Below, in pieces: positions 43,287-52,583 of a stretch of 64,000 nt of DNA. This stretch comes from a virus. Both the position numbers and the translations under genes were made by a program. The first letter of the stretch is position 1, and every line of letters starts with the position of its first letter. The notes under the pieces are model-generated. The model searched no databases, was not told where the DNA came from, and saw only the letters and a list, made by a program, of their open reading frames with translations. Location of the stretch: positions 11,464 to 75,463 of the IMG/VR virus record IMGVR_UViG_3300042197_004116; one strand, written 5' to 3'.

Positions 43287-43689
43287 TTTTGCTTGCCTCC
43301 TTTAGGCTTTTTTTCCAAAAAATTATAGCTTGTTTTAAGTTTTTTATTGTATTAATTCTAATAACACGTAATTTAACAAATTCTCCTTTTTTATATGCAG
43401 ATTTTTCATCATCATGTTCTTTTGTAATAGTTGCGACAGTATTAAACTCATTTTTTGTAATATCTTTAATTAAAGTTTTTGATTTAAAAACATCCTTGTC
43501 TTTGCATCTGCAGATTGTACTAACATAAATATATTTTTTATTTCTTTCCCACACATAATCAAAAACCTCCTTCTTTAAGCTTAGTTTATATGCTTTATTT
43601 TTAGTAAGAAATACAAAAAACAACTTATTACGTAAATGCTCTCTACGTATTTTTTTTGATGTATTTTTAATATAAATCTTTAAAAACAT
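43270..43689 (-). CDS. Lys-rich hypothetical protein
   Basis: Fills the gap in a minus-strand run; start uncertain (43689 or 43734). Confidence 0.45.
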   Translation of the reverse strand: MFLKIYIKNTSKKIRREHLRNKLFFVFLTKNKAYKLSLKKEVFDYVWERNKKYIYVSTICRCKDKDVFKSKTLIKDITKNEFNTVATITKEHDDEKSAYKKGEFVKLRVIRINTIKNLKQAIIFWKKSLKEASKNESFV

Positions 43690-44434
43690 AATTACTTTGC
43701 TTAGCAAAAGGTTTGCCTTTAAACAAAAAATCATCTCCTGTATAATACAATATATTTTTCTTATTCATTTTATAAATACTCAATTCATTTTTATTCGTTC
43801 TTTTATAAAGAAGAAAAGGGGCTTCTTTTTCAATCAAAGCAACCCCTACAGCATATCTTTCTTTATTTGATGTTTCTGCTGTATCTGAACCATGAATCAT
43901 CCTACTATGATACATAACTGCATCGCCTTTTTCTAAATCATTTAGGTAAACTTTATTATCAAATTTCTCCTCAAATTTAAAAGGAAAAGGAATATTAACA
44001 CCTCTTATATAATTTTTATATTTTAAATACGAACTTTCAACAACATAAAGCGAGTTATGATTTTTTTCTATTGTATGAAGAGGGAACCATAATGTATATG
44101 TATTATATCTCAATTCATCAGTAAAAGCAGGGTCTTGGTGCTGTATACTCATACTATTAGGACCTGGTATTTTTTTTATATAACTTATCAAAACTACTTT
44201 ATAATTAGGTAACTTATCTTCAATATGCTTTCTTAAAATACTATCAAGCTCTTTATAAATTGTTTTTTTCCATTCTATATTTCTCACATATGTAGAGCTC
44301 AAAAAATTTGAATTTTTAAAAAAAGGAGAGTCATTAAAGAGCTCTCTTTTAAGAGTTCTATCTACAAGCGATTTTACTGATGTAATTTGATCAATATTAA
44401 AAAAATTTCTTAGTACTGTATAGCCTTTATCCAC
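43667..44434 (-). CDS. Phytanoyl-CoA dioxygenase (PhyH)-family oxygenase
   Basis: KGYTVLRNF, QHQD, LWFPL, GDAVMYHSRMIHGS, ERYAV. Confidence 0.9.
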   Translation of the reverse strand: MDKGYTVLRNFFNIDQITSVKSLVDRTLKRELFNDSPFFKNSNFLSSTYVRNIEWKKTIYKELDSILRKHIEDKLPNYKVVLISYIKKIPGPNSMSIQHQDPAFTDELRYNTYTLWFPLHTIEKNHNSLYVVESSYLKYKNYIRGVNIPFPFKFEEKFDNKVYLNDLEKGDAVMYHSRMIHGSDTAETSNKERYAVGVALIEKEAPFLLYKRTNKNELSIYKMNKKNILYYTGDDFLFKGKPFAKQSNYVFKDLY

Positions 44435-44495
44435 ATTAAATATTTAGAATATTTTACTTATTTGCAACTATACAGAAAAACTATTAAATAAGAAT

Positions 44496-45278
44496 ATGTT
44501 TCTGGAAAAACATTTTTATACTCTTAATAATTTTTATAGAAAATTTACTTTTTGGTATTATAAACAAAATAAGTCTACCAACTTCAGAATAGAAAGTTTC
44601 ATGCCTTTTAGAACATACAGTAAAATTAATAAATTTATAATACAAGCTTCTAAACTTACCAACAATGAAAACTATACTTTTGCAGATTTTGGTTGCGGTT
44701 TAGGCATGCCAACAAAAGAAATTTCAAAAAAATTCAGTAAAAATAAATTTATTTTTGTTAATATTAATAAAGAGCAAATCAACTTTATTAAAAAAACTAA
44801 AAATACCTATCTTTTAAATGAAGACTATCATAATACTTCTATAAGTTCTAATAGTGTAGATACAATACTGTTTTACGAATCGTTTTGCCATTCATACGAT
44901 AAAAAATTAGCATTAAATGAATGTTATAGAGTTTTAAAAAGGAATGGTAGGCTCATAATTATAGATTATCTTCATCACGATTCTGCAACTAAAGAACAAA
45001 TAAACTCATACGTAAAAACAATGTCTATGTACCTAATTACTAAAAAACAAATGGAAACTTTAATAAATAAAAAGAAATTTAAAAAAATTATTTTTGATAC
45101 AAATATTAATAATTATTTTAAATTAAAAAATAGTAAATATGACGACAACTATATATACTACAAAAATAAAAAAAACAATTCTTTGGTTCTTTCGGATTTT
45201 GGTGAAATGATTAAAGACGTTGCACTGACTCAAGCCTTTATAGCTTTACCGTCAATTATAGTATTGGAAAAAATTTGA
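44496..45278 (+). CDS. Class I SAM methyltransferase, paralog of 40173..40988
   Basis: FADFGCG, VDTILFYESFCH, RVLKRNG. Confidence 0.85.
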   Translation: MFLEKHFYTLNNFYRKFTFWYYKQNKSTNFRIESFMPFRTYSKINKFIIQASKLTNNENYTFADFGCGLGMPTKEISKKFSKNKFIFVNINKEQINFIKKTKNTYLLNEDYHNTSISSNSVDTILFYESFCHSYDKKLALNECYRVLKRNGRLIIIDYLHHDSATKEQINSYVKTMSMYLITKKQMETLINKKKFKKIIFDTNINNYFKLKNSKYDDNYIYYKNKKNNSLVLSDFGEMIKDVALTQAFIALPSIIVLEKI

Positions 45279-45922
45279 TCTATTTCATTTTTGGTAAGCT
45301 TCCATGTTTTTGTATTTGAATAATAATAGCTAGTGGTTTTGAGATTTTTATCTTTTCCAAAGGAAATTAAATTAAAATTTTTAAATTTAAAAGGAGATAA
45401 ATTTTTTAAATAATTAAAACATGTAATAACAGCTATCTTTTCATAGCTTACAGTTCTATTGTTTCTTATTCCTCTACCTCTGCATATCTCAATTCCCGAT
45501 ACTGGCAAATGTATGTTGTATTCCTTTTTTAGTTTCTTTATATAGTTTTTATTCTTTGTGTACTTATATGTTCTTTTGTTATCTTCTTCAAACGCAATTA
45601 ACTTGTAATCTTCATAGCTCAAACCCTTCTTTATGTTTTTTACATTATAGTAGTATGCCAAAAAACATTTTTTGTTTATTATTTTTATAGCAATACCGGG
45701 TAGCCTCGTACCTATATCAGTCTTTTTTTTAAAAAAAGGTATATAATTAATATTCTTGTTAAGAAATTTTTTTACTATACTTAAAAAAATATCTTCTTTA
45801 AAAGTGAAATAGAGTTTTAAAGATGTTATTTTATTATCACAAATATTTAAACCAAAAAAACTATGACATGAAAGAGGATTTATTGTATAAGCTATTTTTT
45901 TAGCCTTTTTTATAGACATCAT
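45230..45922 (-). CDS. Hypothetical protein, paralog of 47004..47816
   Basis: Colinear motif match by eye (see findings). Confidence 0.55.
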   Translation of the reverse strand: MMSIKKAKKIAYTINPLSCHSFFGLNICDNKITSLKLYFTFKEDIFLSIVKKFLNKNINYIPFFKKKTDIGTRLPGIAIKIINKKCFLAYYYNVKNIKKGLSYEDYKLIAFEEDNKRTYKYTKNKNYIKKLKKEYNIHLPVSGIEICRGRGIRNNRTVSYEKIAVITCFNYLKNLSPFKFKNFNLISFGKDKNLKTTSYYYSNTKTWKLTKNEIDQIFSNTIIDGKAIKA

Positions 45923-46995
45923 AATATTTCTTTACCACTCATTTTGTTCTTATAAAAAATAATTTCATTTATTAATTCTCTATATTTTTTAATATTAGTT
46001 TTCTGAGTTTCTGTTGGATTTAAAAGTAGAAACTTTTTTATTGACATTGCAGTGTAAATTTCATCTATTTCTTCTTTTTTAAGAGCACTTAAAGCCATAC
46101 TTTCAGGAAACATTAGTTTATGAAAATAAACATTTGCGTTAATACTGTTAGCAAGGGTTATAATTTTATGAAGGTCTCGAATATTGCTTCCCATCACAAC
46201 TGTGCTTATTGTTAGTCTTTTTTTCTTAGCTTGTAGAATATCGCTTATCTTTTTAAGATTCTCGCAAACCCTATCAAAATTAGCATTAACTCTTATTTTT
46301 TCAAATAATTCTTTTGTACCTGCATCAATACTAACACCTACATCTATATCTAATTCTTTTAAATAACTTTCAATTCTACTATTATATACCGTACCATTTG
46401 TTTGCAGATAAAAATTAATTTTTAATTTATTTTCTTTACAATAGTCTAAAATCTTAAAATATCCTTTTATTAAAAACGGCTCTCCACCATAAAAATCTAC
46501 TCTTTTAACATAAGGTAGTATGCTAAACAATTCTTCATAAAACTTATCATCGTAGGGTGAAATATATTTAGGAAGCTTTTCTCTATTTTTTCTAATTGAT
46601 GAAGAATGTTTACCATTACACATTACACATTCCAGATTACAAATATTATCAAGCTCTAAATCCAACCTAATAGGATATTTTAGGGTTTTTGTAGTTCCTT
46701 TATAATCATAAAAAGGAATTTTAAGAGTTTCAAAATTACCACACTTTAAATTATGGCTACAATGGCCGCAACCAACATTAAACTTCATTTGCCTCATTTC
46801 CTCTCTCATTTTCTTTAATGGCTCACCATTCCATATTTCCATTATAGTCTGCTCAGGGTATGACCCTAATTTATAAAATCTATTAGCACAACACACAAAA
46901 AACTCTCCTTTTTGACCCATATAAAGGCTATTAAATGGAGCGCTACAAAGCATACCCTTCTTTTGTCTGTTTTTAAGGAAATCTACTTCCGTCAC
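45919..46995 (-). CDS. Radical SAM enzyme with an N-terminal SPASM/twitch-like domain
   Basis: CNLECVMC (CX3CX2C), GGEPF, QTNGT; N-terminal CSAPF...CC...CGHC. Confidence 0.92.
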   Translation of the reverse strand: MTEVDFLKNRQKKGMLCSAPFNSLYMGQKGEFFVCCANRFYKLGSYPEQTIMEIWNGEPLKKMREEMRQMKFNVGCGHCSHNLKCGNFETLKIPFYDYKGTTKTLKYPIRLDLELDNICNLECVMCNGKHSSSIRKNREKLPKYISPYDDKFYEELFSILPYVKRVDFYGGEPFLIKGYFKILDYCKENKLKINFYLQTNGTVYNSRIESYLKELDIDVGVSIDAGTKELFEKIRVNANFDRVCENLKKISDILQAKKKRLTISTVVMGSNIRDLHKIITLANSINANVYFHKLMFPESMALSALKKEEIDEIYTAMSIKKFLLLNPTETQKTNIKKYRELINEIIFYKNKMSGKEIL

Positions 46996-47003
46996 AGATG
47001 TAT

Positions 47004-47816
47004 TTACTTTAATAAAGAGTATGAATCTACAACACCCTTTTTTAGAAGGCTATTAACATTAGAAGGATAGAAATAAAGAGACACTATATTGTCACTGGTA
47101 TATAATCCCATATTTCTTACATAAAATCCTTTTTTGGTAAAAAAGCTAATCTTCTCTATTAAACTAAATTTTTTTAAATACTTTATTATTTTTTTCTTGT
47201 CTGTTCCTATGAAAATAACTTTCAATGGAATGCCATCTACTTCTGTATATTCAATTTTTTCAGACTTCAAAGGTATATCAGTTTCAAACACCTTACTAAA
47301 ATATTTTTTCGCTGGTTCTGATGTTAAAAATCTATAACATTTATGCTTTGTTTTATTTTTAGTGGATTCATAACAAACCCCTATTTGATCAGATTTACTT
47401 AAGAACTCATCTTGTATATTTTTAACCATGTGTTTACGAATAAAAATGCTCTTATAATATCGTCTTGTAGCAATAAAATGAAACTGATAAGTAAATTTTT
47501 TTCTTTCCAAATCATACTTTAACGCAAAGGTAACACCTCTTTTGCACTCATTTTTTTCAAAATTTATAAGCTTGTAATTTTTCATCAGAAGATGGGGAGA
47601 TGGGAAAAACTTTTTAATTTCTTCTCTTGTCAGCTTTCTAACCGTATTAAAGTAGAACTTAATAGTTTTTATAATTCCGTTTTTCCTTATATTAATAGAA
47701 AAAATATTACCTAAAGGATACTGGCTACCGCAATTTAGAGCCTTATAATTTTTGTAATATTCAGCAAATTCTTTACTTTTTATAAAAGTTGAAAAGCAGT
47801 TTTCTAGAGGTATCAT
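47004..47816 (-). CDS. Hypothetical protein, paralog of 45230..45922
   Basis: 270-aa ORF with a colinear motif match. Confidence 0.55.
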   Translation of the reverse strand: MIPLENCFSTFIKSKEFAEYYKNYKALNCGSQYPLGNIFSINIRKNGIIKTIKFYFNTVRKLTREEIKKFFPSPHLLMKNYKLINFEKNECKRGVTFALKYDLERKKFTYQFHFIATRRYYKSIFIRKHMVKNIQDEFLSKSDQIGVCYESTKNKTKHKCYRFLTSEPAKKYFSKVFETDIPLKSEKIEYTEVDGIPLKVIFIGTDKKKIIKYLKKFSLIEKISFFTKKGFYVRNMGLYTSDNIVSLYFYPSNVNSLLKKGVVDSYSLLK

Positions 47817-47824
47817 ATTGATAG

Positions 47825-48622
47825 ATGAATAATTGTATAGCTTATATTGTAAATAGCAAATACTTGCCTTTATTTAAATTAAGTATCTTTTCATTAATAA
47901 GATCTAACCCTAGACTTAATATAGACATTAACTTATTTATATCTGATAACATAAAAAGTGAGATAAAAAGCTTTCTTAAAAAACTTAAAATTAAAGCTAA
48001 GATTCACCAAATAAACAATAAAAAATATGAAAAGTATTCTTTTATTTCCAGAAGAAATTGGGATCTGTCACCTGCAACGAGATTAGAATTGTTTACTTTA
48101 TACAAATATTCAAAAGTACTTTATCTAGATTGTGATACATTAGTTTTAAAAGACATAAAAGAGTTGTTTGAATTAAAAGACAAAAACATTTATGCATGTA
48201 GGCTTCATCCTATCACTAACAGCTCTTATTTTGGCTCTCAGTTCAACGGGTTTAACGCAGGGGTAATATTATTTACTAAACCGTTTTTGTCAAAAAAATA
48301 TAGTTCTAAAGTAAGCAAACTTCTAGCCAATTCAAAATTTAGCGGTAACCAAGAAGCATTAAATCTTGTATTCAATGATAATACAGTTCTAATAGACCAA
48401 AAATACAACCTCACACTAGACTTAGCCACTTTAAGCAACTTAAAGGAAGCTGTTATTATTCATTATATTGGTGAAAAGTATTTTACAATTGATAGCAATA
48501 TAATACAAATACAAAATTTTAGTGACTATATAAAGAAAACAACTCACCCTTTAGTATTGACCAAGTTTAAAACAATAGTTAATGACATTAGCTTAGAGCT
48601 TAATAAATTTTTAAATGTGTAG
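47825..48622 (+). CDS. Glycosyltransferase family 8
   Basis: KVLYLDCDTLV, FNAGVILF, NQEALN, IIHYIG. Confidence 0.92.
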   Translation: MNNCIAYIVNSKYLPLFKLSIFSLIRSNPRLNIDINLFISDNIKSEIKSFLKKLKIKAKIHQINNKKYEKYSFISRRNWDLSPATRLELFTLYKYSKVLYLDCDTLVLKDIKELFELKDKNIYACRLHPITNSSYFGSQFNGFNAGVILFTKPFLSKKYSSKVSKLLANSKFSGNQEALNLVFNDNTVLIDQKYNLTLDLATLSNLKEAVIIHYIGEKYFTIDSNIIQIQNFSDYIKKTTHPLVLTKFKTIVNDISLELNKFLNV

Positions 48623-49901
48623 TTTTTATTTTACCAATAAATCATGTAGTAAAAAACTCCTCAAGAGTCAAAACTATTTTAGCTCTAAAAGAGGGCCAGA
48701 TAATACAACTATTATAACTGACAATAATTTATCCATTGTTCATAATTTACTATCTATAACAGGAAGTCCCACAAAGCAACCATTAATAGAAAATAATTTG
48801 TATGTTATGTTTAACGGTGAGATTTACAATTATAATAAAGGCAGATTTAAATCTGATATCTATTTTATTTTACACCTTTATAAAAAGTATGGTGAACAGT
48901 TTGTTGATTATTTAGATGGTGAATATGCAATAGTAATCTACGATAAAAATAAAAACTCTGTAATTTTCTGTACGGATATTTTTATGACTAAGCCGTTATT
49001 TTATTCTATTGAAAATGGAATTATTTCAATCAGTTCTTACAAAAGCTCCTTTGACAATGTAAATGAAATAATTCAAGCTCTACCCAGTACTTTATATAAA
49101 TTTAATATTACTACTAAATCTCTAAAAGAAAAAACATATTTTAAATTTAATACTAAACAATTCAAGAATAACTACAGTGATTTTGAATCAGCATTAAAAA
49201 AATCTATTTTAAAAAGAACTAAAACTAATAAAAAACTATTTATAGGATTAAGCAGTGGTTATGATAGCGGAGTACTAGCATGTATTTTAAATAAGCTTAA
49301 AATAAATTACAATGCATATACTATTTTAAGCAAAGAAAACATTGAAATTTTACACCAAAGAGAAAAATTAGTCAACAACTATACGCTTATAAAGCCTGAT
49401 TTTAAGAAGCTAACATACGCTAAATTAAAAATTATACAAAACTGTGAGCCAAGTAAAAACGCGTCTTTTGATTATGCTTCTGACCACGCTTCATCAGGTT
49501 TATATTTGATAGCAGAGAAAGGATTAAAAAATAATTGTAAAGTGTTTCTATCTGGTACTGGAGCAGATGAAATTTTTAGTGACTATGGATTTAATGGAAC
49601 AAAAATATTTTCAAACAGTAACTTTGGCGGGCTTTTTCCTAAAGATCTATCAACAATTTTTCCCTGGAAGAATTTTTATAACGGTTGTTTAAGAAACTAT
49701 ATAGATAAAGAAGAATATGTCTTGGGTGGTTTAGGTATAGAAGCAAGATACCCGTTTCTCGATAAAGATGTAGTTCAAGAATTTCTAAATCTCTCTCCTA
49801 AATTAAAAAACAACAATTACAAAGCCCCTCTTTACCACATTCTTAAAAAATATAATTTTCCCTTTGAAGAAAATATTAAACGCGGATTTAGCTTTATTTG
49901 A
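48615..49901 (+). CDS. Asparagine synthetase (glutamine-hydrolysing)-like amidotransferase, compact form
   Basis: Cys2, KRGPD, FNGEIYN, LSSGYDS, SGTGADEIF, RYPFLD. Confidence 0.9.
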   Translation: MCSFYFTNKSCSKKLLKSQNYFSSKRGPDNTTIITDNNLSIVHNLLSITGSPTKQPLIENNLYVMFNGEIYNYNKGRFKSDIYFILHLYKKYGEQFVDYLDGEYAIVIYDKNKNSVIFCTDIFMTKPLFYSIENGIISISSYKSSFDNVNEIIQALPSTLYKFNITTKSLKEKTYFKFNTKQFKNNYSDFESALKKSILKRTKTNKKLFIGLSSGYDSGVLACILNKLKINYNAYTILSKENIEILHQREKLVNNYTLIKPDFKKLTYAKLKIIQNCEPSKNASFDYASDHASSGLYLIAEKGLKNNCKVFLSGTGADEIFSDYGFNGTKIFSNSNFGGLFPKDLSTIFPWKNFYNGCLRNYIDKEEYVLGGLGIEARYPFLDKDVVQEFLNLSPKLKNNNYKAPLYHILKKYNFPFEENIKRGFSFI

Positions 49902-50088
49902 ACCCGTGCCTTATTCTATCTATAAAATAAGCCTTTAACTCACTTACATTACAAGACTTACAGCTGTTCATTTTTTGTAAAAAATTCAGTTTTTCTAAGT
50001 ATTCATTTCTCAAACTGCTACAATTTTTTATTTCCTCTGGACAAGGAGAGCTTAAATCAAAGAAAATTTCCAATAGATTAGAAGTCAT
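49894..50088 (-). CDS. Small four-Cys protein
   Basis: PCPEEIKNC...CKSC; paralog at 51881..52060. Confidence 0.75.
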   Translation of the reverse strand: MTSNLLEIFFDLSSPCPEEIKNCSSLRNEYLEKLNFLQKMNSCKSCNVSELKAYFIDRIRHGFK

Positions 50089-50911
50089 GCTTTAATAGAG
50101 CTAAATACTTGTTATACCCTCTTAATAGTTTTTCAGAAACAATGCTCGATTCACCATTAAATTTATGCTTAACCTCAGGATTATAATTTAAAATAACTTC
50201 TGTATCTACATTGTATTTTTTAACCTTATCGTCCTCCTTAACATATATTACAAAATTTTTATTTTTAGGAATTATGCCCAGTCCTATTGATATACGTGTA
50301 TTGTGTGTCTCAGGAGTTGAATAAGAGCCATGTATTACTCTTGGGTTCATTACCAAGACATCACCTGCTTTTAGGGGACAAACAAACTTAGCATTTTTAA
50401 GCAGTTTGTCTTTAAAATTATTAAGCCCAAGAGTAACCCCTACTCCTCTTATGAAATTTTTAAAAATTTTATGGGTCCCTGGTATAATATATAAAGGTCC
50501 AGATTTCTCATCAATATCATCCAATGCAAACCACACAGTATAAGATGAAACTGAAGAAGTTTCCTCTATTAATGATATGTCTTGATGGACCTTACATTCA
50601 TTCTCTCCACCAGGGTACTTTATAATATAGTTGCCAATTACAATTTTATAATTTTTAAAAACTTTATCTATTTTTGGTTGAAGCAAACCATATAAAAAAC
50701 TATAAACCGATTTTTTATACTCAATATTTTTACTCATCGCAGTATTAACGTGGTTTATGTTTTTGTCTCTATATATGTTAAATCCAGCAGTATCATTAAA
50801 ATCATTATAAAACTGTTTTAGTGAAGATAAATCATCTTTACTCAACAGTTGATTTAAAACAACATAGCCTTTATCTTTTAAATGCTTATTAAGATTAATA
50901 TCCTTGATCAT
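50078..50911 (-). CDS. PhyH-family oxygenase, paralog of 43667..44434
   Basis: KGYVVLN, VHQD, VWFALDD, PGTH, GDVLVMNPRVIHGS, RISI. Confidence 0.92.
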   Translation of the reverse strand: MIKDINLNKHLKDKGYVVLNQLLSKDDLSSLKQFYNDFNDTAGFNIYRDKNINHVNTAMSKNIEYKKSVYSFLYGLLQPKIDKVFKNYKIVIGNYIIKYPGGENECKVHQDISLIEETSSVSSYTVWFALDDIDEKSGPLYIIPGTHKIFKNFIRGVGVTLGLNNFKDKLLKNAKFVCPLKAGDVLVMNPRVIHGSYSTPETHNTRISIGLGIIPKNKNFVIYVKEDDKVKKYNVDTEVILNYNPEVKHKFNGESSIVSEKLLRGYNKYLALLKHDF

Positions 50912-51656
50912 ATTGAGTCTTATTTTAATTAATTATAACTTGACCGCCATTTCTCAAACTAGTTTTTTTCCTAAAAAAGACATTTTAAAATTTGTAAAAT
51001 ACTACAAATATGTAATTTTGTTTAATTCAGAAAGAATATTTTTGAAAGATAAAATATCTTTTGACCATTTTATAGGGCCTTGTTCAGGCTTTAAACCGTT
51101 CTTGGTTTCAGAACTTTATAATACTAACCCTAAATGTAAAATAACTTTTTTTGATTTTAATCAGTCACAAATTTATTTTTATAAAGCTTTGCTTAAGTGG
51201 AATGGGAAGAACTTTCAAAAATTTGTAGATGGTTTTTTTACAAAAAACAAAGAAATACTAAACAAGGTTATTGTAAACAATTTACCTCGTGAATATTTAG
51301 ACAGAAAAATGAAAGAGATATTATCTAATTTTAAAGATGAAAAATCCTTTATTGAGTCATGGAATAAATTTAGAAAAAAAGATATTAATTTTGTTTTTAT
51401 AAACGCTATTACTGATTATAAGAACATTATACCCCTTATAGATAAAAACTCAGTTTCTTATCTTTGGTTAAGCAATATATACAATTTTGAAATATCTAAC
51501 CACCGTTATGGTAAAGAAAAGTGCCTATCTGCACTTAAAAAATTATTAACAAGGCTTGTAAATAAAAATATATATATAGATTTAGAAACTGAAAACAAAA
51601 GCGGGGTTTTTAGTCCAAAATGTGCTCTAAAGCAAATTTTTAATCTTGATAAATAA
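50904..51656 (+). CDS. Hypothetical protein, possibly degenerate methyltransferase-like; start uncertain
   Basis: GPCSGFK, ITFFDFN, LWLSNI. Confidence 0.5.
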   Translation: MIILSLILINYNLTAISQTSFFPKKDILKFVKYYKYVILFNSERIFLKDKISFDHFIGPCSGFKPFLVSELYNTNPKCKITFFDFNQSQIYFYKALLKWNGKNFQKFVDGFFTKNKEILNKVIVNNLPREYLDRKMKEILSNFKDEKSFIESWNKFRKKDINFVFINAITDYKNIIPLIDKNSVSYLWLSNIYNFEISNHRYGKEKCLSALKKLLTRLVNKNIYIDLETENKSGVFSPKCALKQIFNLDK

Positions 51657-51679
51657 AAACAATAGGTTAATATATTTTT

Positions 51680-51880
51680 GTGTATATAGAAAAGTTTACA
51701 GCTCATGTTAGAGATTTGACTTCTAAAAAGTCTTTTAAGATTGTTTTAGATGAAAATGACCCTCAAGAGGCACATAAAAAGATCTATAACAAACTTAACA
51801 ATTATCAAGAAATTGTTAAACTCACTAATCATGATAATGAAGTTGTTTATAATATTGACTCCGGTTTTATAAATAATTAA
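51680..51880 (+). CDS. Hypothetical protein
   Basis: GTG start 6 nt after TTGATA-N16-TAATAT. Confidence 0.65.
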   Translation: MYIEKFTAHVRDLTSKKSFKIVLDENDPQEAHKKIYNKLNNYQEIVKLTNHDNEVVYNIDSGFINN

Positions 51881-52060
51881 ATGATATCTGAATTTTTTGA
51901 ATTAGAAAAACCTTGCCCAAACGAGATTAAAGACTGTGAACAGTGGAGAGAACAATACAAAAAGGATTTGGCAGAATTAAATCCAAGAGTTTGTAAACCA
52001 TGTGCTTTAAACAGCTTAAAAGCAAAATATATAAATATTTTTGCCTCTCAAGGTAAATGA
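51881..52060 (+). CDS. Small four-Cys protein, 59 aa, absent from the ORF track
   Basis: MISEFFELEKPCPNEIKDCEQWREQY...VCKPCALNSLKAKYI; TATAAATA 5 nt upstream. Confidence 0.8.
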   Translation: MISEFFELEKPCPNEIKDCEQWREQYKKDLAELNPRVCKPCALNSLKAKYINIFASQGK

Positions 52061-52374
52061 TAGATTTATTTTACTCTTATATAACTGCCCAGGCCTTTAT
52101 ATTATTCTGGTTTTATTCACCCCTTAAAACTTCCTTATATAAACTATTAACAGGTAAATTTAGTCTTAACAATGAAGATTTTGATACATACCTACTTTGC
52201 AAAAGTACTCTTTTTAAAGTTTTTACTTGTACGTTTTGTTTAGGTTTTTGGACAAGTCTAATTACCAGTTTATATTTTAATTCAGGTTTTGAACCTATTA
52301 TAGTAAGCTGGGCCTTTTCTATTACTTTCTTATATTTGTTTGAAAATTTTTTAAATTTCATAAAAAGGAGTTGA
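52057..52374 (+). CDS. Small membrane protein with a CxxCxxxW motif (DUF1360-like)
   Basis: FTCTFCLGFWTS between hydrophobic segments. Confidence 0.65.
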   Translation: MIDLFYSYITAQAFILFWFYSPLKTSLYKLLTGKFSLNNEDFDTYLLCKSTLFKVFTCTFCLGFWTSLITSLYFNSGFEPIIVSWAFSITFLYLFENFLNFIKRS

Positions 52375-52406
52375 TTAAGTAAAAATTAAATTTAATATAT
52401 ATTTAT

Positions 52407-52583
52407 ATGGATAACCCCGCAGAAGAATTCAATACAGATATAACAGTTGGTGATTTGAAGGTGCTGGCTAGTATTATTGAGCTAGCATCTTCGAAAGGTC
52501 TTTTTAAGCCAGCAGATCTAACTAACGTTGGTCAGGTATACGACAAGATTGTTGATGTTATTAAAAAATCATCAGTTAAATGA
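52407..52583 (+). CDS. Hypothetical protein, 58 aa, absent from the ORF track
   Basis: MDNPAEE...DLKVLASIIELASSKGLFKPADLTNVGQVYDKI; TTGATT-N16-TAATAT upstream. Confidence 0.75.
   Translation: MDNPAEEFNTDITVGDLKVLASIIELASSKGLFKPADLTNVGQVYDKIVDVIKKSSVK

Noticed and set aside
48615-50088. Lasso peptide cluster (AsnB-like cyclase plus small peptide)
   Set aside because: The enzyme keeps its glutaminase Cys; no B protease or RRE seen; the peptide lacks lasso leader features
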